64,000 nt of DNA, taken from the IMG/VR virus record IMGVR_UViG_3300039140_000101, positions 27,927 through 91,926 of that record, one strand, 5' to 3'. Under the pieces are notes generated by a model. It did not search any database. It was not told the origin of the DNA and saw nothing but the letters and a program-made list of their open reading frames with translations. Positions 1 through 9,746 of the stretch are shown here, piece by piece; positions within the stretch are counted from its first letter, which is position 1, and the number at the start of each line of letters is the position of its first letter. Origin of the DNA: a virus (taxonomy: Duplodnaviria > Caudoviricetes). The translations under genes and the position numbers were made by a program.

Positions 1-1
1 T

Positions 2-160
2 GCAGTTTATGTTCGTGTTGTGGATTCCGGTTTGGCTGCACAGCCGTTGGGCGGTATCGAAGCAGCGGCGGATGGTAGTGATTGCGTTGCTATTGCCGGT
101 GCAATCTTCATGGGTGCCGCTGATGCAGACGGTAATGTGGAAATTTCCTACAACATCTAG
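2..160 (+). CDS. 3' end of capsid decoration/cement protein (partial)
   Basis: Open frame AVYVRV...ADADGNVEISYNI* directly upstream of major capsid gene. Confidence 0.7.
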   Translation, partial: AVYVRVVDSGLAAQPLGGIEAAADGSDCVAIAGAIFMGAADADGNVEISYNI

Positions 161-224
161 TTGTAAAGGATAAAGTGTTAAAACACAATAAATAAATTTA
201 ATTTTAATTGGAGGAACTGGAAAT

Positions 225-1199
225 ATGATTACTTACGATGAAATGACAATAGACAGTACCGGCGCATTTTTGATTGGTGAGCTGGAAAGACTGGATCAGA
301 AACTGCACGAGCCGTTGGTTGCTGTAACGTGGACACGGGACATTGATCTTCGTGAAGATGTTACGATTGCTGATGAAGCGTCCAGCTTTACCAATTCAGC
401 GTTTGCCGCAGCAGGGTCAATGAATTCTTCTGGTAAGAATTTCGTTGGCAAGAACAGTAATGCGATTGCAGGTATTGCTCTGGATATTGGCAAGACCTCC
501 CAGCCTTTGTATCTTTGGGCAATGGAAATCGGCTACACGATTCCTGAACTGCTTTCCGCACAGCAGTTGGGTCGTCCGGTCGATGAACAGAAGTTCAAGG
601 GTATGCAGTTGAAACATCAGATGGACATTGACGAAATGGTTTACATTGGTGACACCGTTGTCGGTAAAGAAGGATTGCTCAATTCTTCTCTGGTCACCGC
701 CGGATTCGTTGATCCAGGTGTTTCCACCACGACCCAGTGGACAACCAAGACCGCTGATGAAATTCTGGAAGATGTAAATACGCTGATTCAGGAATGCTGG
801 CAGTCCGCTGGTTATGCGATTTGCCCGAGCAAGCTTCTGCTTCCTCCTGCTCAGTTCGCATACATCACCAGCCAGAAAGTATCCACCGCTGGTAACGTTT
901 CCATCCTGACCTTCTTGGAAGATAATTCCATTTCCCTGAAGATCAATGGTAAGAAACTCGACATTCAGCCCTGCAAATGGCTGACTGGTCGTGGTGTTGC
1001 CGCAGGTTCTCCTTCAACTGCAACTGACCGCATGGTTTGTTACACGCAGGATGTTGACAGGGTACGTTACCCGATGGTTCCTCTTCAGAGGACTCCGTTG
1101 GAATACCGCAGCCTGTATCAGTTGACCACATATTTCGGTCGTTTGGGTTGTTTGGAGTTTGTGTATCCCGAAACTTTGCGATACGCTGACGGAATCTAA
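225..1199 (+). CDS. Major capsid protein (DUF2184-like, HK97 fold)
   Basis: GAFLIGELERLD N-terminus, DRMVCY and YPETLRYADGI C-terminus typical of this family; GGAGG SD. Confidence 0.9.
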   Translation: MITYDEMTIDSTGAFLIGELERLDQKLHEPLVAVTWTRDIDLREDVTIADEASSFTNSAFAAAGSMNSSGKNFVGKNSNAIAGIALDIGKTSQPLYLWAMEIGYTIPELLSAQQLGRPVDEQKFKGMQLKHQMDIDEMVYIGDTVVGKEGLLNSSLVTAGFVDPGVSTTTQWTTKTADEILEDVNTLIQECWQSAGYAICPSKLLLPPAQFAYITSQKVSTAGNVSILTFLEDNSISLKINGKKLDIQPCKWLTGRGVAAGSPSTATDRMVCYTQDVDRVRYPMVPLQRTPLEYRSLYQLTTYFGRLGCLEFVYPETLRYADGI

Positions 1200-1224
1200 A
1201 TGATTTCAATAGGTTACGAGGTTT

Positions 1225-1998
1225 ATGATGATAATTTATAAGATTGAAAACAATATTAACGGTAAAATTTACATTGGTCTTACTACAAAAGACCTGAGTA
1301 AAAGAATTGCCGGACATATTGCAGAAAACAAATCTTATATTCAGAAAGCCTTGAATAAGTATGGTTTGCAATCGTTTGCCGTGTCCGTCATTGATAGTGC
1401 TGAGTCCAGAGAAATTCTCTGTGAAAAGGAACGATACTGGATTCAGCACTACAATTGTAAAGCACCTAATGGATACAATCTTACTGATGGTGGTGATGGT
1501 TTGATAAATCCTTCAAAGGTTGTAAGGAAGAAAATTTCCAGAACCTTAAAGAAGAAACATATTGTCACCAAAGGGTTTACTGGAAGAAATCACACTGAAG
1601 AGTCAAAAGAACAAATTGGTAAAAGTTCAAAAAGGGTATGGAGTGATTCAAAATTCAGAAAGAAAATGAGTAAGATTCATAAAGGGAAAGTGATTTCTGA
1701 AGAGCAAAAACAAAAGATCAGTAAGGCAAATAAAGGGAAGTTGAAAGGTCGTATTCCGTGGAACAAAGGACGAAAGATGTCTTTAGTTGTCGGGTATGTT
1801 AATCCTATGAAAGGAAAGAAACGACTTGATTTGTCAGAAAGAAATAAGTTGAATAAAGGAAGAAAAGCATCAGAAGAAACCAAAAGAAAAATGAGTATGG
1901 TAAGTAAAGGAAAGTCAAAAACAAAAGAGCATATTTTACATATTGCTGAAGCAAAAGCTCGGGAAAAAGGAATTTATTTAGCTGTCAGCAATCAATAA
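1225..1998 (+). CDS. Free-standing GIY-YIG homing endonuclease with NUMOD3 repeats
   Basis: IIYKIEN..KIYIG, E..WI, GYNLTDGG; HTEESKEQI/SEETKRKMS repeats. Confidence 0.9.
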   Translation: MMIIYKIENNINGKIYIGLTTKDLSKRIAGHIAENKSYIQKALNKYGLQSFAVSVIDSAESREILCEKERYWIQHYNCKAPNGYNLTDGGDGLINPSKVVRKKISRTLKKKHIVTKGFTGRNHTEESKEQIGKSSKRVWSDSKFRKKMSKIHKGKVISEEQKQKISKANKGKLKGRIPWNKGRKMSLVVGYVNPMKGKKRLDLSERNKLNKGRKASEETKRKMSMVSKGKSKTKEHILHIAEAKAREKGIYLAVSNQ

Positions 1999-2019
1999 AA
2001 AGAGAGGAAGGTAAAGATT

Positions 2020-2421
2020 ATGTTAGTGGAAATCGAAGTGAAAAGACCTGTGGCAATCCCCGGAGATGGGAAAAGCAGAGTTATTGATTTGAAAGTTGGA
2101 ATCAATAGCATTGATGATTCCTTATTCAATCACTGGTTCGTCAAGGGATTGGTTGAAAGTGGAGCAATCGGTTTACTGAAAAGGAAAACTCATAACTTTA
2201 AATCACTGGATCAGATTGCAGAAGAAAAGAAACAGAAGATTCTTGCAGAAAAGAAATCTGTCGAAGAGAAGAAAGAACCAGTGGTATTTGCTACTCACGC
2301 AACGATGGCACCTGTGGGGACTGTCCTTGATCAAGAAGAGAAGAAAGAGGAAGTTACGGTGGTTAAAACATCGAAAGCCAAAGAAGAAAAACCAAAAGTG
2401 GTCAGACGTAAAAGGGTATAA
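2020..2421 (+). CDS. Hypothetical head-module protein
   Basis: ORF with SD; HWFVK motif; position between capsid and adaptor. Confidence 0.6.
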   Translation: MLVEIEVKRPVAIPGDGKSRVIDLKVGINSIDDSLFNHWFVKGLVESGAIGLLKRKTHNFKSLDQIAEEKKQKILAEKKSVEEKKEPVVFATHATMAPVGTVLDQEEKKEEVTVVKTSKAKEEKPKVVRRKRV

Positions 2422-2424
2422 CTT

Positions 2425-2826
2425 ATGAGCATAACAATGGACATATCGGCATTCAGGCTTGCATTCCCAGAGTTTGCAGATGAAGTAAAGTATCCGGATG
2501 CCATGATAACTTTCTGGTCAAGTGCTGGATTAATACTCCTGAATGAAGCACGATGGGGTGATTTACTGACGCATGGATTGTGGCTTTATGTAGCACATAA
2601 CATCACGCTTGGGTCTGCCGATATGTCCGCAGGAGATTCAGGCGTGGCTCCGGGTGCTGGTGTCGGCGGGGTGGTTTCAGGCAAAGGAGTGGATGGTGTA
2701 TCAATTAATTATGATACCAATTCCATAACTCTTGAAGGAGCTGGAAATTATAACTCTACAAAATACGGTCGTGAATTCTGGCAACTGGCGATGATTGTTG
2801 GTATGGGAGGTCAACAATTAAGATGA
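2425..2826 (+). CDS. Head-tail adaptor (DUF4054-like)
   Basis: FRLAFPEF..YPD, LYVAH, TKYGREF motifs. Confidence 0.85.
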   Translation: MSITMDISAFRLAFPEFADEVKYPDAMITFWSSAGLILLNEARWGDLLTHGLWLYVAHNITLGSADMSAGDSGVAPGAGVGGVVSGKGVDGVSINYDTNSITLEGAGNYNSTKYGREFWQLAMIVGMGGQQLR

Positions 2827-3467
2827 CAACCCGCTTGCTTGTGAGTATAAAAGAGTACGCCGGAGCTTTTGAAGAGGGCTTTAAGACCAAGATCAATATC
2901 AAAGAAATTGATAAGATGATCAAGGACCAAAAAGCAATTGATAAGGAAAGGAAACTTCTTGAAGACATAAAGAAGATTGCAGATATTGGTATTTATGTGG
3001 GCATCCCCGAAGAAAAGAATGTTCGAGAAAGCGGTGAAATGAATAATGCCACTTTGCTTTACATTCATACCAATGGTTCTGAAAAACGGAATTTGCCTCC
3101 TCGTCCATTGATTGAACCTGCTTTGGAAGCGAATGATGAAAAGATTGCAGCAGATTTAGCAGAGGTTTCGAGATTACTGTTGGAAGGGAATTATCAAGGT
3201 GCATTGAAAATGATGCGTACCACTGGCAAAGATGCCTTGAACATGATCACAGATTTCTATGATGATCCATCACAGAATCAGTGGCCTAGAAATCAGGATG
3301 CAACGGTAAGGGCAAAGATTAAGAAGAAATACAAGTCAAAGAAAAAGAGAAAAGAAGCGATGGAAGAGTATGCGGCAGGGGGAGAGGTTGATCAGGTATT
3401 GGTTGATACTGGTGCATTGAGGAGTTCGATAACCTATGTCATTGGTGATAAGGTGGAAGGCAAATGA
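2823..3467 (+). CDS. Neck/tail-completion morphogenesis protein
   Basis: VGIP, PPRPLIEP, LVDTGALRSSITY motifs. Confidence 0.75.
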   Translation: MTTRLLVSIKEYAGAFEEGFKTKINIKEIDKMIKDQKAIDKERKLLEDIKKIADIGIYVGIPEEKNVRESGEMNNATLLYIHTNGSEKRNLPPRPLIEPALEANDEKIAADLAEVSRLLLEGNYQGALKMMRTTGKDALNMITDFYDDPSQNQWPRNQDATVRAKIKKKYKSKKKRKEAMEEYAAGGEVDQVLVDTGALRSSITYVIGDKVEGK

Positions 3468-3793
3468 ATCCTTCTTTCAAAAGGTATAAAGGATATGAAC
3501 TTCAAATGGGTAATAATGGAATCTGCTTCGTTTACCGAAACAATCAACTCCTTATTACAGAACCGAGTCTACAATTGGCATTGAATGCGATCGACAATCG
3601 GATTTACAGCAATCCTGATTTCAGACTGTCAGGATATCACCAATATGATAATGTAAAAAAGTTTAAGGAGAAAAGAGATGGAAAAGTAAAGAAGAGGAAC
3701 GCTCCCAGACAACAGTTTACAGGAATCTATAAATCAACAGATATAGATGGTAGGAAAATTAAAGTCGAAGTGGTAAGAGGGAGTAAGAAATGA
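3464..3793 (+). CDS. Hypothetical protein
   Basis: ATGA-coupled at both ends within the neck operon. Confidence 0.55.
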   Translation: MNPSFKRYKGYELQMGNNGICFVYRNNQLLITEPSLQLALNAIDNRIYSNPDFRLSGYHQYDNVKKFKEKRDGKVKKRNAPRQQFTGIYKSTDIDGRKIKVEVVRGSKK

Positions 3794-4152
3794 TAAGTGT
3801 CTCTGAAGTCATATCATCTCCAGAATTTGCTCAAATCTTTATTGTTTATAGGAGCATTGGTTCTTTCGTGGATGGTGTATGGACAGAAAGCACCCCAAGG
3901 GCGATAACAATGCGTGGTGTGGTAACGGTTTCCAGTTCAAGGGAATTAGAACAATTGCCCGAAGGAGATCGAGTCAGAGGAGCAATGACCTTTCATACTC
4001 TATTCCCGATTTATGTTACCAGAACAGGTAATTCAGCAGGGACATCTGATAAGATTTTATGGCGAGGAGAATATTATAAACTTGTCAATGTTTACCCCGA
4101 AGTCGATTACGGATACTGGAAAGGCATTGGAGTTAGGATTAAAGGTGCTTAA
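3790..4152 (+). CDS. Head-closure (stopper) protein
   Basis: ELEQLPEGDR, DKILWRGEYY motifs; synteny. Confidence 0.75.
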   Translation: MISVSEVISSPEFAQIFIVYRSIGSFVDGVWTESTPRAITMRGVVTVSSSRELEQLPEGDRVRGAMTFHTLFPIYVTRTGNSAGTSDKILWRGEYYKLVNVYPEVDYGYWKGIGVRIKGA

Positions 4153-4752
4153 ATGGCAGACATAATTTTATCATTAAGTGAATTAAGAAAACTGTTCTAT
4201 GACTTGACTGTTGCAATGGTTGATTCAGTAACACAGGTCCGTATGTCATGGCCGACAGGTGGAGCACCTGCATTTGATATCAATGACAAGATGGCATTCA
4301 TTAGGATATCTGATGTTGCTTCGACATATCATGTTCCACAGGAATTGAAGTATGAACAAGTAGGTTCTCCAGAAGAGGGAAACATGCAGGTTCATTATAC
4401 ACGAACATTGAGAATTATGTGGGTGATGTATGGTTCAAATTCTTGGGATGATGCAGTTTCTTTGAGGACGAAAATCTTTTATCAGACAAATCATGATATA
4501 TTGGCAAGACAGAAGATTTATCTTATACCTAGTTTTGATCCTCCTAAAAGAGTGCCGGAATTGTTTGAAGGGTTATGGTACGAGAGGGTAGATATAACAA
4601 TGGACTTCTATGAAAAGATTTTAATCAATTATGCGGTTCCGTCTATCCTGACTGTGCCGTTGGTTGTTGTAGGTGATTCAGGAACAATTCATGATGGTAT
4701 AATAACTGAATCAACGATAGTGCGTGAAGGTGGTTTGATAATTAACAAATAA
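4153..4752 (+). CDS. Tail terminator/neck protein
   Basis: PELFEGLWYERVD motif; directly before sheath. Confidence 0.7.
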   Translation: MADIILSLSELRKLFYDLTVAMVDSVTQVRMSWPTGGAPAFDINDKMAFIRISDVASTYHVPQELKYEQVGSPEEGNMQVHYTRTLRIMWVMYGSNSWDDAVSLRTKIFYQTNHDILARQKIYLIPSFDPPKRVPELFEGLWYERVDITMDFYEKILINYAVPSILTVPLVVVGDSGTIHDGIITESTIVREGGLIINK

Positions 4753-4761
4753 AACTGTGAG

Positions 4762-5919
4762 GTGAAGATTATGGCAATACCTATTCCGGGAACATTAAGT
4801 TTGGACACCATTGTAGATGTTGAAGTGTTGATAAGTCCTTTGTCAGCACCGAGGTCAACTTTTAATCAGGGGCTGATCATCGGTTCGACAAATATTATTC
4901 CCACTTCAGAAAGAGTGAGAAAATATAATACCGCAGCAGAAGTTCTTGCAGATTTTGCATTGACTGATCCTGAATACATTGCGGCATCATTATATTTCTC
5001 ACAATCGCCTTCTCCTGAAATCCTTTGGATTGGTCGTCAGGAGCTTGGAGTTGAGTCAGTTGTGGAAGCATTGCAGGCTTGTCGTGCAGCGAACTTTGAA
5101 TGGTATATGGCAGTTGCTCTCAATGCAGTCTATGCAGATAATATTGCATGTGCCGCTTATATTGAATCGGCAACTCCTGCAAGCCTGTATGGATTTACAA
5201 CGGGGGATGCGGATTGTTTGACAGGCACGGCATCTCCTCCGGATATCTTCACTTATTTGAAGTCGCTGAATTACTCCCGAACCATTGGCCAGTATGCAAC
5301 GACACAAAGCGGAGTTTATCCCAATAACATTTATGCCATGTGTGCGATCATGGGCTATGCGATGGGACAGAATTCCGGTCTAGCAAATTCCACATTCACG
5401 CTGAAGTTCAAGCAGGAAATCGGCATCTCCATTGAACAACTGACCCCTTCCCAGATCAGCATCATTGAAGGCAATTACGGGAACTGTTACCTGTCTTATG
5501 GTAATTACTACACCATCTTTGAACAAGGCAAGATGAGCAACGGAAGTTTCTTTGATGAGAAGATCAATCTGGATATGCTAGTGAATAATCTCCAGTTGAC
5601 CATTATGGATTTGCTCTATCAGAATCCGAAAGTCCCGCAGACTGATGCAGGTGTCACCCAGTTGATTCAGTGCTGTAATGAAGCATGTGAGGAAGCAGTG
5701 CGAATCGGATTCCTTGGTCCCGGAGTTTGGAAGGGCGTGAACGTTTTAAATCTGTCCTATGATGATGTGTTGCCAAACGGTTATCTGGTTCAGGCAGAAT
5801 CACTGGCAGATCAATCACAGGCAGACAGGGAAGCCAGAGAATCTGTTCCGCTTTATGTGGCGATTAAAGAAGCAGGTGCAGTGCATTCAGTTTTAATCGG
5901 GGTGTATTTGAACAGATAA
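4762..5919 (+). CDS. Contractile tail sheath protein (DUF3383-like)
   Basis: PEYIAASLYFSQSP, TLKFKQE.G, KVPQTDAG, AGAVH motifs. Confidence 0.9.
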   Translation: MKIMAIPIPGTLSLDTIVDVEVLISPLSAPRSTFNQGLIIGSTNIIPTSERVRKYNTAAEVLADFALTDPEYIAASLYFSQSPSPEILWIGRQELGVESVVEALQACRAANFEWYMAVALNAVYADNIACAAYIESATPASLYGFTTGDADCLTGTASPPDIFTYLKSLNYSRTIGQYATTQSGVYPNNIYAMCAIMGYAMGQNSGLANSTFTLKFKQEIGISIEQLTPSQISIIEGNYGNCYLSYGNYYTIFEQGKMSNGSFFDEKINLDMLVNNLQLTIMDLLYQNPKVPQTDAGVTQLIQCCNEACEEAVRIGFLGPGVWKGVNVLNLSYDDVLPNGYLVQAESLADQSQADREARESVPLYVAIKEAGAVHSVLIGVYLNR

Positions 5920-5930
5920 GGGGTTACGAT

Positions 5931-6440
5931 ATGTTTGGTTTATCTGATCATACAACATACAGTTTTTTGGATATTTCTGGTTCGATGTTTCATCCAAAGA
6001 TCGGTCCATTTATCTTTACGGGAAATGGTGTTGGGCGATTGACAATTCAACCGACAGGGGAAAGAACTGAACATGATTATGCAACAGATGGTACAGTAAT
6101 AATCACAAAAGTGCCTCCTATTGGTGGAAAAATAATCATCCAGTGTCAACAGGTGAGTACCGTAAATAGTTGGCTGTTGTGGCTATACTCTATCATTTCA
6201 AGTCCTTTAGGAGACGATAATGACTGGGGGAGAATGGTGGTATTGATCAGGGATGTCCAGCATGGCACTCAGTATAATATTCGAGGGGTATCGTTTTCAA
6301 ATATCCCTGAAACTAATTATGCGGGGGTAGGCGAACATGTTATTTGGAGTTTGCCGTATGCTGCTATGCTGGTATTTCCGCCTCATCCGACTGGAGCAGG
6401 ACAATTATCATCAATTGCAAGAAGAATATTGGGCAGTTAA
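5931..6440 (+). CDS. Tail tube protein paralogue (DUF3277-like)
   Basis: HTTYSFLD...FTG.GVG; aligns with next ORF. Confidence 0.7.
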   Translation: MFGLSDHTTYSFLDISGSMFHPKIGPFIFTGNGVGRLTIQPTGERTEHDYATDGTVIITKVPPIGGKIIIQCQQVSTVNSWLLWLYSIISSPLGDDNDWGRMVVLIRDVQHGTQYNIRGVSFSNIPETNYAGVGEHVIWSLPYAAMLVFPPHPTGAGQLSSIARRILGS

Positions 6441-6470
6441 TAATAGAAAATAAAAACGAGGAGGAAGAAA

Positions 6471-6908
6471 ATGGAACATACTACATACAGTTTTTTAGAT
6501 TTGACTGGTGCTTTGTCCCATGCTCAGTTGGGTAATTACATATTTACTGGGCAGGGAGTAGGAAGTGTAACGGTCGCTTATGCCACGGATAAATCAGCAC
6601 ATGATTTAGCGGCAGATGGTGTTGTAATGGTAAGTAAACTGGCAGGTAAACAAGGAACACTCACTATCGCCTGCCAGCAGACAAGTGCTTTGCACAAATG
6701 GTTGTTGAAGTCCTTAAACAAGTTGTTTGATTTACCAACATCTGAATGGGCGCAAATGTCTGCAACGTTGAGAAATACGTCCGATGGTACTTCTCATATT
6801 ATCACTGGAATTTCTTTTGGGAAACATCCTGATAAAGCCTATGCTGCAACAGGAGCACAGGTCACATGGACATTGTGGGCAGCGTTTATTGATTCCAATG
6901 TTTCATAA
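6471..6908 (+). CDS. Tail tube protein (DUF3277-like)
   Basis: TYSFLD, AADG.VMVS, QQTS motifs; strong SD; follows sheath. Confidence 0.85.
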   Translation: MEHTTYSFLDLTGALSHAQLGNYIFTGQGVGSVTVAYATDKSAHDLAADGVVMVSKLAGKQGTLTIACQQTSALHKWLLKSLNKLFDLPTSEWAQMSATLRNTSDGTSHIITGISFGKHPDKAYAATGAQVTWTLWAAFIDSNVS

Positions 6909-6934
6909 AATAAAAGAAAAAGGAGAAAAGGATC

Positions 6935-7384
6935 ATGGTAGTTAAAAAGAGAGAAGCATTTAAGGATGTAGAATTGAGTGGACGCAGGTGGAGAGTTGGC
7001 CGGTTTGATGCAATGACAGGCAGTTATATCACGATGCTTGTCTTAATGCAGATGTTACCGATGGGATTAGATGAGCAAGTTGGTCTTGGGGCATTAGGTA
7101 AAGGAAGATCATTGATGGATAAGAAAACATTCTTTGATGTTCAAGCAGACTGCTTGAAAATCTGTTCTGAATTGCAACAAGTAGGAGAATCCGTTGCCCC
7201 TATCCCAGTTATGCTTTCTGATGGAAGATGGGGGGTTGGTAATGTGGAAGATGATGTGACCACAATTCTAGCTTTAACAATTCATACATTGATTTTTAAC
7301 ATTTCCGATTTTTTTCAAGAAGGCGCATTGAACGACCTAACCAAAACGTTCTCGGGTACGAACTTGTTCAATGCGAAGGAATAG
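6935..7384 (+). CDS. Tail assembly chaperone (G)
   Basis: Between tube and tape measure; contains T7 slippery run at DFF. Confidence 0.8.
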   Translation: MVVKKREAFKDVELSGRRWRVGRFDAMTGSYITMLVLMQMLPMGLDEQVGLGALGKGRSLMDKKTFFDVQADCLKICSELQQVGESVAPIPVMLSDGRWGVGNVEDDVTTILALTIHTLIFNISDFFQEGALNDLTKTFSGTNLFNAKE

Positions 7385-7560
7385 ATCCGTTTGCGTATGC
7401 GCCTGTATTTGCTGGAGATTGGAAACAACATGAAGTGTGGGATGGTACATATACATTCAAAGATTTATTAGATTGGCATGAAATCGCAGATGTAAAGGCA
7501 GAGAATGAAAGACGCCATAGGGAATGGCAGGAAGCAAATAAAAGTTTAGGGATAATTTAA
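7315..7560 (+). CDS. -1 frameshift extension of the tail chaperone (GT)
   Basis: ATG-less open -1 frame after T7 run (7309-7315) ending in TAA overlapping tape-measure ATG. Confidence 0.75.
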   Translation, partial: SRRRIERPNQNVLGYELVQCEGIDPFAYAPVFAGDWKQHEVWDGTYTFKDLLDWHEIADVKAENERRHREWQEANKSLGII

Positions 7561-9737
7561 TGGATGCCGAAGTTTTTAAAAGCTATCTTATAAAATTAGG
7601 TGTGCAGGTTGACACCGCTGCCTTTGATAAAATGAAGCAGTTGTTGGGCGATCTTGAGAAGGCAATGGGAAAGAATGCCTCCTCTATGGGATTGCAAATG
7701 GTAAAAGGTGCCGGACTTGCTGTCGGTGCTTTAGCCATGATTGACGCTGCAATTGTCAAAACAGTAAAGGCAATTGCAGACGCCGATATGCAATACCAAT
7801 TACTTGGTCAGCGGATGTTTATGTCCACTGATGCAGCCAAAGCGTTTAAACAGGCAACTGACACATTAGGTAAATCCCTAGAAGATATTGCATGGAATAA
7901 AGAGTTAAAGGACAGATATGTTGACTTGGTTCAACAAGTCAATCAACTGAAGCTTCCAAAAGAATCGGCAGAGATGTTCAAGGGTGTTAGAGATATTGGC
8001 TTCCAATTTGACAGATTAAAGTTGGCATCAACACAAGCCCTAGAACATATGGCGTATAATTTGGTGCGAATCAATAAAGGGGAGATGTTTGATTTTAGAA
8101 CCCAATTGAGTTCATGGGTCGATGATTTTATAAAAAAGGTTCCAGAATACGGAAGGAAACTTGCAGAATGGCTACAACCTTTTATTAAAGTTACAAAAAG
8201 TGCAGGTAAAGCAATTATGCAATTGTGGGAGTTTATTCAACCCGGAATAGACAAATTAAAAGAACTTTGGGACAAACTAGATGGTATCCAAAAAATGGGT
8301 GCTGTTTTAGCAGTCACTCTCATTCCTCTTTTCTTGATTGGTTCTCCTTGGTTGCTTGGGTTGGCCGCAATTGGCGCAGCCCTGTTGCTCATAGATGACT
8401 ATATGCACTTTAAAGAAGGGAAGAAATCTCTTCCTCAATTGATTGCACTTTGGGCAACTTTACGTGCTGTGGTTGCATCAGTCCATTTTTATTTGGGTAA
8501 TATTGTAATTGCATTAGATCATATGTATCATTTCTTTTCGGGTAAAGCACATCCAAGTGGCATGTCGTGGTTCCAGCACACAAAGATGTTCAGTAAGGCA
8601 AGACTTAAAGAAATTAAGGAAGGATTATTTGATGCCAAAGAAAAATTGACTGAAGCAGCGGAAAGAGAAAACGCACCCGCTTTGAGAGAAGGAAAAGAGA
8701 AAGTAAAGTGGGAAAAGCAATATATTAAAACGATACAGGTAGTTGAAAAAGGAAGAACCCCTTCTCAAAAGGAAATAGATACGGCTTATAAAGAAGCGGT
8801 AAAACATGGAAGAGTTGCTCCAGAAGTAATTGGAAAGGACGAAACGCCTGTGGAGGCTAAAGGGGAAACAGCAAAACGTGGCAGGGACACTTCCAGTTCT
8901 GCGGTATCTGCTCCAGCCCATTCAGGTCTTACACAATCCGAAAAGAAGTTTTTGACTCAAATATCAAAAGGGGAAGGTACTTCTGAAGAGGAAGCGAGAA
9001 AGCACGGATATGCTACGGGGTATGATGTTACTTTAGGTTATGGAAGATATGCCAAAGAAGAAAAACCAGTTTCTGAAATGACTTTTAGAGAATTAAAAGA
9101 ACATCAAAATAAAATGCTTGCAAAGCAGCGTAGTTTGGGTCTGGGGAAAGACTCCTCAAGTGCTGCTGGGAAATATCAATTTGTAAGAGATACTCTGTTT
9201 GGTAAAAAGGGACAACAAGGTCTTTTGAAACAGGAAGGCATTTCTGAAAATGAAGTATTTTCCCCAGAAATGCAAGATCGTTTGGCACTAGCTTTAATTA
9301 AGGATGCTACCAAGAAATTTAAAACAGGTAGGATGAGTGCAGCAGAGTATCATAATATAGTATCTGGTCAGTGGGCTTCAGTTACTAAATATGGTGCTTC
9401 TGGTGGGTCATATAGGGGACAACGGGCACCAACAACAACCGCAGATTTGGCTCCAATATTTCAATCCTTGAAAAGGGAACCTGTACGGCCTCCAACTTTT
9501 GCTAAAACAAAACAATCTGGTCCTGAATTTGCATCGTTACAAAATTCACCTCCTCCGGGGGCAATGCCAATTAGTACAGAAGGTGCTGCTGCCACTGCGC
9601 CTGTTTACAATGTGACCTCTGTTATTAATGCACAAACAAATGATCCGGCTGAATTGGCAAGGTTGGCAGCAATAGAAAATAAAAAAATGCTGGTTGCAAG
9701 AGAACAGGAAAAAGGAATAAAGAGAAGACAAGGATAG
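7560..9737 (+). CDS. Tape measure protein with lambda-lysozyme-like muralytic domain
   Basis: Helical N-terminus, TM segments, ISKGEG...SSAAGKYQF...QDRLA...QWAS. Confidence 0.85.
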   Translation: MDAEVFKSYLIKLGVQVDTAAFDKMKQLLGDLEKAMGKNASSMGLQMVKGAGLAVGALAMIDAAIVKTVKAIADADMQYQLLGQRMFMSTDAAKAFKQATDTLGKSLEDIAWNKELKDRYVDLVQQVNQLKLPKESAEMFKGVRDIGFQFDRLKLASTQALEHMAYNLVRINKGEMFDFRTQLSSWVDDFIKKVPEYGRKLAEWLQPFIKVTKSAGKAIMQLWEFIQPGIDKLKELWDKLDGIQKMGAVLAVTLIPLFLIGSPWLLGLAAIGAALLLIDDYMHFKEGKKSLPQLIALWATLRAVVASVHFYLGNIVIALDHMYHFFSGKAHPSGMSWFQHTKMFSKARLKEIKEGLFDAKEKLTEAAERENAPALREGKEKVKWEKQYIKTIQVVEKGRTPSQKEIDTAYKEAVKHGRVAPEVIGKDETPVEAKGETAKRGRDTSSSAVSAPAHSGLTQSEKKFLTQISKGEGTSEEEARKHGYATGYDVTLGYGRYAKEEKPVSEMTFRELKEHQNKMLAKQRSLGLGKDSSSAAGKYQFVRDTLFGKKGQQGLLKQEGISENEVFSPEMQDRLALALIKDATKKFKTGRMSAAEYHNIVSGQWASVTKYGASGGSYRGQRAPTTTADLAPIFQSLKREPVRPPTFAKTKQSGPEFASLQNSPPPGAMPISTEGAAATAPVYNVTSVINAQTNDPAELARLAAIENKKMLVAREQEKGIKRRQG

Positions 9738-9746
9738 GGGAATCAA

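Noticed and set aside
1199-2020. Group I intron interrupting the capsid gene
   Set aside because: Capsid ORF ends with a normal family C-terminus and flanks are too short for a ribozyme; the endonuclease is free-standing.
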